64,000 nucleotides of DNA, from the IMG/VR virus record IMGVR_UViG_3300009545_000018, positions 310,001-374,000 of that record; one strand, written 5' to 3'. A program made the translations under genes and the position numbers. The notes under the pieces were generated by a model that was not told where the DNA came from, did not search any database, and saw nothing but the letters and a program-made list of their open reading frames with translations. Of this stretch, positions 1-7,279 are shown one piece after another. Position 1 is the stretch's first letter, and each line of letters opens with the position of its first letter.

Positions 1-2
1 AT

Positions 3-215
3 GGAGAAGTTTGCTGGTTTGATCCAAAACGAGGATTTGGATTTTTACTATGGGAAAAAGAAGGAATAAAACAAACCGATCTTTTCGTTCATTTTAGTGA
101 TGTATCTTGCGAAGGTTATAAAACCCTTTATAAAGGACAAAAAGTTTCTTTTTCTTTAGGTCTAAATAAAATGGGATTGCCAAAAGCAACAGAAGTTCAA
201 ATTCTTAAAAATTAA
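3..215 (+). CDS. Cold-shock domain protein (5' partial; absent from the supplied ORF track)
   Basis: Frame 3 reads GEVCWFDPKRGFGFLLWEKEGIKQTDLFVHFSDVSCEGYKTLYKGQKVSFSLGLNKMGLPKATEVQILKN*, with RNP1 (RGFGF) and RNP2 (LFVHFS) motifs of CspA-family proteins; TAA at 213-215. Confidence 0.93.
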   Translation, partial: GEVCWFDPKRGFGFLLWEKEGIKQTDLFVHFSDVSCEGYKTLYKGQKVSFSLGLNKMGLPKATEVQILKN

Positions 216-613
216 GAACTTTTGTTAATTAAAGGTGGCAAACGATCTTGTTCGGCAATTTCTGCATTTTCATCCGCAAATTGCTCATCAGTTAAGTCTA
301 ATTCTTCATATTTTTCTTGTTTTATTTCAAATAATGAAGTGTGTCGACTAGGAATCTTTTCATCTTTTTTAAACGTAATGGTTGTTGCTTTAATGGTTTC
401 CGGAGCAACAGAACGAACGAATATTTTATCACGTTTTTTATAAATGGAACCACTTTGAACAGATTTTTCTATTTCTTCAATAGTATAATGATAATGTTTA
501 TTATCTAATAAATTTATTGAACTAAAAGCCTTAATTGTTAGATTAAGATCGGCTAAACTAACATTTCTATTAGAAATATTGGTAATCCAGAATTCTTTAT
601 TTTGTTTTTTCAT
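212..613 (-). CDS. Hypothetical protein (133 aa)
   Basis: Clean ORF convergent with the CSP gene; acidic C-terminus; no recognisable motif. Confidence 0.7.
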   Translation of the reverse strand: MKKQNKEFWITNISNRNVSLADLNLTIKAFSSINLLDNKHYHYTIEEIEKSVQSGSIYKKRDKIFVRSVAPETIKATTITFKKDEKIPSRHTSLFEIKQEKYEELDLTDEQFADENAEIAEQDRLPPLINKSS

Positions 614-664
614 AATTAAATGTGTATATATCCAATTAATATTAGAGTATAATGTTGAGGATCC

Positions 665-1006
665 ATGACACAGATACTATATCACAATCCAGGGCAATCT
701 GTAACTATCATTTTAGAAACCCATGATTCCGATGGCTATAGGCAGGATGGATATTTATTTCCAGTAGTTGACAGAATTATTTTACCAAATTTAAATTTAG
801 CAGACGATTATCCTCAATCTATGATTCAATTAGATACAGGATTATATTATTATAAATTTACATTAGGAACTGGAGCGTCTTCTTTTGGAACTTATATTAT
901 AGATGTAACTTATACTGATCCTGCCACCAATAATACTACTACTATAGCATATCAAGTAGTAGTTACCGCTGTTACAGGAAATTTTGGCTTTAGTTCCACA
1001 GCATGA
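665..1006 (+). CDS. Small beta-rich (Ig-like) putative virion protein, paralog 1
   Basis: GAGG RBS upstream; shares D-x-G-L-Y-x-x-x-F-T...G...GTY-I/V-I-x-V/I...DP pattern with the next ORF. Confidence 0.65.
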   Translation: MTQILYHNPGQSVTIILETHDSDGYRQDGYLFPVVDRIILPNLNLADDYPQSMIQLDTGLYYYKFTLGTGASSFGTYIIDVTYTDPATNNTTTIAYQVVVTAVTGNFGFSSTA

Positions 1007-1356
1007 ATAATATTATTTACGCAACCCCTAAACAAATTTTAACTTTGTTCTTTGAAGTGTTTAACTCAAATCAAGAGAGAACAGATGCTCCCACAGATCC
1101 ATTAATTTTAAGTATATATAATCCAAATTTTGATTTATTAGATGGTTATCCTGTTGCTATGACTAATATAGATGTAGGATTATATTCTTTTACATTTACT
1201 GTGCCACCAGGACCTTCTGCCATTGGTACCTATGTTATTAATATTATTTGGGAAGATCCTGATACTTTAAATCAAAAACAAACTTATTATCAAATTATTT
1301 GTAAATCTCCGCCAAATGCTGCCGGAGAATATAATGCTACTATTCCGCATTTATAA
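1003..1356 (+). CDS. Small beta-rich (Ig-like) putative virion protein, paralog 2
   Basis: ATGA overlap with previous gene; DVGLYSFTFTVPPGPSAIGTYVINIIWEDP matches DTGLYYYKFTLGTGASSFGTYIIDVTYTDP. Confidence 0.65.
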   Translation: MNNIIYATPKQILTLFFEVFNSNQERTDAPTDPLILSIYNPNFDLLDGYPVAMTNIDVGLYSFTFTVPPGPSAIGTYVINIIWEDPDTLNQKQTYYQIICKSPPNAAGEYNATIPHL

Positions 1357-1386
1357 TCAATATTTTAATATTTAATATGAGGAACT

Positions 1387-2286
1387 ATGACAATAAAAGC
1401 GCGCGGCGAACTAATTGATGTAACAGATCAAGTTAATCTAACTGTACAATTTAAAGATGGTACAGGTGCGCCGGTAGATATGGATTCATTTCCTCAAGTC
1501 TCTATTATTCAGCCTAGTGGTTTAGTGGCTTTAGCACCAACATCAGCTGGGGTCGCGCATGTAGGTACCGGTAAATATTCTTATATTTTCACCGTTCCAA
1601 TCAATGGTCCTTATGGTGTTTTTATGGATATTTGGACGGGTTACATTAATGGATATAGGGTAGAATCTACTTTTAATTTTGTAGTAGCACATACTCAAAT
1701 GCCAGCTATAAACCAAGATGGTTATATGCATCTAGGGGATGATCCTGGCTTTAATTATTCACAAGTTGCTATCAGAAACATTAACAAACTAATTAAATCT
1801 TTAAGATCTAGATTAAATAGTGCTGGCAAGGCAAGATCTCTTGATTCATATGGAAATGTTATTTATGTAGATTGTGATATTTTTTCTGTGGATATGTTAA
1901 CTACCTTTTTAGCTACTGCTTTATGGGACTTTAATCAAGTACCGTATTTCACATTTTTTCAATTTGATGATACTGACTTTGTAGAACAATTTGGAGAGAT
2001 TTTAGTAGAAGGCGCTACATTATATTCATTAGCTTCTAAAGCTTTAATTGAACGTGGGCGTGAATTTCAAATTACTGATAATGGGTTGTCATTTAATCCA
2101 CCAACTGTTAGTGAGTTGATGCAAACTCAATATAGTACTTTATTAACAGCATATAATGAAAAACTAAAGTATATTAAGAATAGTTTGCGTCCCGCACCTA
2201 AGGCCTTAGGTACGTTCAGTATGAATAGTGGAATCAACCCAGCTTTTGCGCGTTTGAGGCACTTGAGAAGTCGTAGGTTGTACTGA
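1387..2286 (+). CDS. Putative neck / head-tail adaptor protein with N-terminal Ig-like domain
   Basis: GAGG RBS; N-terminal GTGKYSYIFTVP module like the two upstream ORFs; helical C-terminal domain (ALIERGREFQITDNGLSF...YNEKLKYIK) resembles large-phage adaptors; position upstream of the tail genes. Confidence 0.5.
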   Translation: MTIKARGELIDVTDQVNLTVQFKDGTGAPVDMDSFPQVSIIQPSGLVALAPTSAGVAHVGTGKYSYIFTVPINGPYGVFMDIWTGYINGYRVESTFNFVVAHTQMPAINQDGYMHLGDDPGFNYSQVAIRNINKLIKSLRSRLNSAGKARSLDSYGNVIYVDCDIFSVDMLTTFLATALWDFNQVPYFTFFQFDDTDFVEQFGEILVEGATLYSLASKALIERGREFQITDNGLSFNPPTVSELMQTQYSTLLTAYNEKLKYIKNSLRPAPKALGTFSMNSGINPAFARLRHLRSRRLY

Positions 2287-2327
2287 GGGCACGACGAATC
2301 TACTAATATGTTGATATATAGTTTATT

Positions 2328-3329
2328 ATGAAGAAAAATAAACTATTATCCATTTTGACACCTGAACAACTAATTGAAGAATTTAAAAATTTAGGAACCG
2401 TTCCTAAAATCGCTAAAAAATATAATATTAATACTCAAACAGTTTATACTGCTTTCAAGTTAATAAATTATGATTGTAAAGTTAGGCAAGATGTCGCTTC
2501 TCTTGTTAGTAAAGAAATTTTACAAGAATCTTACAATAGATTAAAATCTTTAAAAGCAGTGGGGCGTGAATTAAATATTACATCTGATAGTATCAAAGAC
2601 TACATGGATAAGTTTGGATTAGAATATAAAAAACAAGTAATCTATAATTGTAATCATAGTTTTTTCTCTTCGCAAACAGAAGAATCATTTTATGTGGCTG
2701 GATTTTTAGCGGCTGATGGATGTGTTAAAAATAGAAAAAGTCCAAGTCAAAAATATGGTTCTACTCGGCATGAAGTATATATTGGCTTATCAAAAAATGA
2801 CAAAGAACATTTGTTAAAAATAAAAAAACTGATTGCGGCGGAAACTCCAATTAGAGATTATTTGGTAAAGAATTCTAAAAGAAATCCTAATTGGAATGAT
2901 AGTTGGAAAAGTGAGATTTCAATAACATCTAAAGAAATGTTTGATGACCTAGCAAAATTTAACATAGTCCCACGTAAAAGTCTCATTTATACTATGCCTG
3001 ATTGGATGAAAGATCATCCTTTAAAACATCATTTTCTTAGAGGATATCATGATGGTGATGGTAGCGTTTATAAATCATTAAGTAAAGGAAAAATAGTAGA
3101 ACAATTATGTTTTTCTTTAAGAGGAACACAAGAATTTCTATTAATAGTGCGCGATATACTAGAGAAGGAGTGTGACTTAGATCATCGAAACACTCCAATT
3201 AGAATCTCTAGTGGACATGGTGTTTTAGAATATGGAGGCAATGGAATTGTAAAGAAGATTTGTGATTATCTCTATAGAGATGCTAGTGTTTATTTAGAAA
3301 GAAAATTTAATATTGTAAATGAAGTATGA
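2328..3329 (+). CDS. Free-standing LAGLIDADG homing endonuclease with N-terminal HTH repeats
   Basis: Two LAGLIDADG helices (FYVAGFLAADGCV, HFLRGYHDGDGSV) and C-terminal IYLERK-like motif (VYLERK). Confidence 0.92.
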   Translation: MKKNKLLSILTPEQLIEEFKNLGTVPKIAKKYNINTQTVYTAFKLINYDCKVRQDVASLVSKEILQESYNRLKSLKAVGRELNITSDSIKDYMDKFGLEYKKQVIYNCNHSFFSSQTEESFYVAGFLAADGCVKNRKSPSQKYGSTRHEVYIGLSKNDKEHLLKIKKLIAAETPIRDYLVKNSKRNPNWNDSWKSEISITSKEMFDDLAKFNIVPRKSLIYTMPDWMKDHPLKHHFLRGYHDGDGSVYKSLSKGKIVEQLCFSLRGTQEFLLIVRDILEKECDLDHRNTPIRISSGHGVLEYGGNGIVKKICDYLYRDASVYLERKFNIVNEV

Positions 3330-4041
3330 TGCTATAATTGATAAATATAAAAAATGTTTACTATGTAATAAGAAAACAAAATTTAGTTTTAGAATAAAAG
3401 GATATTCTAAAAATAATACTTATCGTGGAAGTATAAGATATGATTCTGTAAATGATAATTTAAAATACTTACAACTAAGTCCAGAACACAATAAAAAATA
3501 TAAATTAGTAAAAAAATTACTAAATTTGCATATTTTCAATCCTACCGATTATTATAATAATAAAATTTCTGAGAAAAATTTTCACATTGAACAATATAAA
3601 CTATTTATACATTGTCCAACGCATTCACATATAAAAAATGTAAACTACTATCCAGTTTATAATGAAAGTCATTTTTATGTAAATTTAGATGCGCAAACAT
3701 ATGATGGTGTATTTGAATATGAAAGCAAAGAAATAAATTATGTTTTTGTTGATAAAACAGCCGGTCCATATCCATGGATTAAATACGATTATGAGAATGA
3801 ATTATTAACTATGAATAATGATTATAGTTTGTGGGGTAAAATAAATATTAAATTAGAAGATGGTTACTTTAATACTTTAAATGTTAAAACTATAATGAAA
3901 GATCTTATAAAAATTGAGAAAATTGATAATTCAAATTATGCCGCTTCAGAAGAAGGAAGGGAGGCTATATTCAAATATATAATTGGACAATATAATTATA
4001 AAAATCTTAAATCAGCTTTTAAGCTAAAAATATTCAAATAA
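3319..4041 (+). CDS. Hypothetical protein with C-terminal KLKxF tail (ends FKLKIFK)
   Basis: 240 aa ORF, N-terminal CxxC; C-terminus matches the motif of the adjacent minus-strand array. Confidence 0.6.
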   Translation: MKYDAIIDKYKKCLLCNKKTKFSFRIKGYSKNNTYRGSIRYDSVNDNLKYLQLSPEHNKKYKLVKKLLNLHIFNPTDYYNNKISEKNFHIEQYKLFIHCPTHSHIKNVNYYPVYNESHFYVNLDAQTYDGVFEYESKEINYVFVDKTAGPYPWIKYDYENELLTMNNDYSLWGKINIKLEDGYFNTLNVKTIMKDLIKIEKIDNSNYAASEEGREAIFKYIIGQYNYKNLKSAFKLKIFK

Positions 4042-4372
4042 ACAATTTCAATTTACAAAGTTTTTCTACCTTACTTGGATTGTCTTTTATCCAATCGACA
4101 ATTTTATCTAAAGCCACATTATCCACCAGTTTAAGATCATCTTCATTATAATAGAAAATTAAGCATTCATTATACATTGCGGTATCTGTTTCAAAATCAA
4201 AATAATAATACGTACAATAAATAGGTAATGAGTGAACTGTATTTAAATTTGACTGAATATGCTTATTGTCATCTATTACTAATTTTAATTTTAAAATTAA
4301 GTCTATTATAGAATAAACTCTAAGGTCTGTTGAAATAATAAGTTTTGATCTTGTAGGAATAATATTACTCAT
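4034..4372 (-). CDS. Hypothetical protein, KLKxF-tail array 1 (ends WIKDNPSKVEKLCKLKLFI)
   Basis: Coupled by ATGA overlap to the upstream array gene; shared C-terminal motif. Confidence 0.7.
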   Translation of the reverse strand: MSNIIPTRSKLIISTDLRVYSIIDLILKLKLVIDDNKHIQSNLNTVHSLPIYCTYYYFDFETDTAMYNECLIFYYNEDDLKLVDNVALDKIVDWIKDNPSKVEKLCKLKLFI

Positions 4373-4638
4373 ATAAATGATTTTAAATTTAAATATCTTT
4401 GAATTTCTTTTTCTAGTTCTGAGTTTTTTGTTTTATGATTAAGCCAAGCCAAAAATTCTTTATAGCCATCATAAGGGAAATGATCTTCAATTTCATTAAT
4501 ATAATTGATAGGTATAATCCACATTTCATATTTATTTGAATAGATAAATTCTTTATGATTCATAGCATATACTGTTGAATTATGAGTTAAAGTATTATTT
4601 CTAATATCAGATAATATCTGAGCTAATTTAAAATTCAT
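4369..4638 (-). CDS. Hypothetical protein, KLKxF-tail array 1 (ends RYLNLKSFI)
   Basis: Start directly abuts the upstream stop; shared C-terminal motif. Confidence 0.7.
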   Translation of the reverse strand: MNFKLAQILSDIRNNTLTHNSTVYAMNHKEFIYSNKYEMWIIPINYINEIEDHFPYDGYKEFLAWLNHKTKNSELEKEIQRYLNLKSFI

Positions 4639-4980
4639 TTAACAAAATACCTTTAATTTCATTATTCTTTCAAATTCATAAAAATTTTCTTTTATCCAAA
4701 TTGTTAAATCATATGCTGCCCAAGAATCAAATGGTTTTAAATAAGGAATATCTTCGGCACGTTTTTCTTCAAAAGCAATAATTTTGTTATTTATTTTATA
4801 AAGAAAAACACCTGTAAGTTCTTTGTCATGAATAAAATAAAATTCATTAATTAGATAATCTGAAAGATTTCCGGTATTTAATTCTTTTTTTAAGAAGAAG
4901 AAAAATTCTGAAATTTTTTCCAATAATAAAACATCTTTAATAACTTTTTCTTTATTTGTTTCAACAATTATTGTTTTCAT
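4639..4980 (-). CDS. Hypothetical protein, KLKxF-tail array 1 (ends WIKENFYEFERIMKLKVFC)
   Basis: ATGA overlap; shared C-terminal motif. Confidence 0.7.
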   Translation of the reverse strand: MKTIIVETNKEKVIKDVLLLEKISEFFFFLKKELNTGNLSDYLINEFYFIHDKELTGVFLYKINNKIIAFEEKRAEDIPYLKPFDSWAAYDLTIWIKENFYEFERIMKLKVFC

Positions 4981-5267
4981 AAAAATGCTTTTAATTTATT
5001 TGTGGAATCTATTTCTTTTGAATGTAGTTTAATCCAATTAATTAAATTTTCTGCCGAAAAAGATATTTCAAAATGATTTGGCATATGATTTGGATCACAA
5101 AATGGATCTAAATGATAAATAATTTTGGAATCAAAACATTTATATCTAAATAAATGTTTCTTGCGATATTTTGGATAAAAAGAGATATGGTAATTATTAT
5201 CAATATCTGATTTTATATCATTAATAAATACCCATAAATCTTTATAGTATTTGGTTTGGTATTTCAT
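4977..5267 (-). CDS. Hypothetical protein, KLKxF-tail array 1 (ends WIKLHSKEIDSTNKLKAFL)
   Basis: ATGA overlap; shared C-terminal motif. Confidence 0.7.
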   Translation of the reverse strand: MKYQTKYYKDLWVFINDIKSDIDNNYHISFYPKYRKKHLFRYKCFDSKIIYHLDPFCDPNHMPNHFEISFSAENLINWIKLHSKEIDSTNKLKAFL

Positions 5268-5557
5268 GTAAAGGCTTTTAATTTTTCAAATCTTGACAAG
5301 GTATCATGGTTATTTTTGACATATAAGTCTAATTCAATAACATCATCTAACGAAATTATTGGTAATTTAGGAAGATTAAAATTAGTAATTCTGGCAACTA
5401 TATAAAAGCCTGCAGCATCCACATACCTTACTGATGCCGCGTCTGGATTATGAGATACCGCGCTCCAATAGCAATTGACTGAAATATTATGATCTAGTCT
5501 TTCTTTTATTTGAAGTAAAAGACTTAATGTATCAGTAATTATATCTTCTTTATACAT
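5264..5557 (-). CDS. Hypothetical protein, KLKxF-tail array 1 (ends RFEKLKAFT)
   Basis: First gene of the array, 6 nt after the 2H-ParB gene; shared C-terminal motif. Confidence 0.7.
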   Translation of the reverse strand: MYKEDIITDTLSLLLQIKERLDHNISVNCYWSAVSHNPDAASVRYVDAAGFYIVARITNFNLPKLPIISLDDVIELDLYVKNNHDTLSRFEKLKAFT

Positions 5558-5563
5558 AAAATA

Positions 5564-6592
5564 TTATCGATCTTTTTGTCGACGCTCATGAGTTGGTGTT
5601 AAGTAACCATCAGGATCGATAAATGCTAATTTATAAAACATATTAATTTTATCAAATAATGATAATTTTGTTTGATGTGGAGGGGTTTTAACCCAATCAT
5701 TTACTAATGCAGGCACATGAGTATAACCTAATTCTTTAGAAGCTGCTATACGATGAATTCCGTCTATAATGACGAATTTGCCGCCACCATCACGATGTGC
5801 AATTCTTATAGGATCTAGTGTTACTCCATCTTTCATTTTTTGTAACACTACATCATATTTTTCTTTACTCCAAATAGGCTTATCTTCAATGACAGAAATA
5901 GGTATTATATCAAAATAGTATAATCCCCATCCACCATATTGATTATATTCTTCTTGAAGAGCATCATCATCACCATTAAACATTTCTAAAAATCTTTTAA
6001 CAGCCAAATCATCATATTTATAGTGACTTACTTGAGCGGTTTTATAGTAGGATTCAATTTTTGATATTAATTCAGCACGTTTTTCTGGTTTTTTTAATTG
6101 AAAATTGACGAATAAACGACTATCACCATAATCGCCGCCCCATAAAACTATATCTTGAACAGTAAATGTTATGGGATCTATCTTAAATTTTTTAAATTTT
6201 TCTAGCTCTTTATCATAAGCTAGTGTAACATGTGGATTAAAATCTTTAAAATTTTTTTTATAATCAATTTTTTCTTCATCAAATTTTGCTTTGAGCTTAT
6301 CAGAAAGTTTATGAATATCATCACTTTCAACACGAGCAATAATAGGTAAAGGATTATCTTTATATTTAGGAAAGCTATCTACACAATTAATTGTAATAGT
6401 AAATGGCTCTTCTTTATTGACTACTTCATAAGTAGCTTCTAAAGCTTTAGAGACTTCAGTGATTGGCCAATTATCATCAAAACAAAGGATAGTAATATGG
6501 TATTCTGAAGGCGATTCTTTCACCCCAGGTACATCAATTTCCATTAACATTCTCCCCACCTCAGGGGCTATTCTGACACCAAGAAAAGCCAT
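5564..6592 (-). CDS. 2H phosphoesterase (2'-5' RNA ligase-like) fused to a ParB/sulfiredoxin-like domain
   Basis: Paired HxT motifs YHITI and PHVTL in the N-terminal half; IIDGIHRIAA (DGxHR) with upstream LDPIRI and downstream VPALV typical of ParB/Srx domains. Confidence 0.82.
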   Translation of the reverse strand: MAFLGVRIAPEVGRMLMEIDVPGVKESPSEYHITILCFDDNWPITEVSKALEATYEVVNKEEPFTITINCVDSFPKYKDNPLPIIARVESDDIHKLSDKLKAKFDEEKIDYKKNFKDFNPHVTLAYDKELEKFKKFKIDPITFTVQDIVLWGGDYGDSRLFVNFQLKKPEKRAELISKIESYYKTAQVSHYKYDDLAVKRFLEMFNGDDDALQEEYNQYGGWGLYYFDIIPISVIEDKPIWSKEKYDVVLQKMKDGVTLDPIRIAHRDGGGKFVIIDGIHRIAASKELGYTHVPALVNDWVKTPPHQTKLSLFDKINMFYKLAFIDPDGYLTPTHERRQKDR

Positions 6593-6691
6593 AATTTATC
6601 CTTGTTTTTAAATTAATTCTTTTCATTAATATGTCAAGTTATGCGGAGTATTTTTAAATAATAAAAATATTACATAAAATAACATTGTTGT

Positions 6692-7228
6692 ATGGATAAA
6701 CTTGTTTCAGAAGCAAAAAAAGATACATCTTTAACAATGGCTCAAATTAAAAAGCTGCCATTTAAATCTCTTAATCGAATGATTAAAAAAATGAGAGACT
6801 ATCTTAAAAAAGATAAAACAGTGATTGAAATGTTTAAAAAATATGATGTTGATATTGAGGAAATAGATTTAATACCAATGAAATTTGGAAAATTAGATGT
6901 TTCTGCAAAAACAGATCATGGTGTTATTATTTTTAACTATAATTTATTAACAGATGGTGATTTTTTTAAAGATTTTTCTTATGGTGTACATGAGATGACC
7001 CATTGGTTGCAGCAAACTGCCAGGAAAACTGCTACTACTAGTTCTGATGATGGTGATTACTTACATAATAAATTTGAACAAGAAGGCTTTCAAAATCAGG
7101 TGGAATATATAGCTAACCAATTTGGCGATAATGAAGCGGAAAATTATGTAGATGATTTATTAGATCATCATGATAAAAAGGGTAAAGAAAAGAAAGAATT
7201 AGAAGACATTTTATTATCTAAAGTATAA
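6692..7228 (+). CDS. Putative zincin-like metallopeptidase
   Basis: VHEMTHWLQQ (HExxH) with a downstream Glu (FEQEGF) as a likely third ligand. Confidence 0.6.
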   Translation: MDKLVSEAKKDTSLTMAQIKKLPFKSLNRMIKKMRDYLKKDKTVIEMFKKYDVDIEEIDLIPMKFGKLDVSAKTDHGVIIFNYNLLTDGDFFKDFSYGVHEMTHWLQQTARKTATTSSDDGDYLHNKFEQEGFQNQVEYIANQFGDNEAENYVDDLLDHHDKKGKEKKELEDILLSKV

Positions 7229-7279
7229 TATTACCAGTTAAAATTATAAATTATTGAGCTAATAAACTAGAATAACAGT

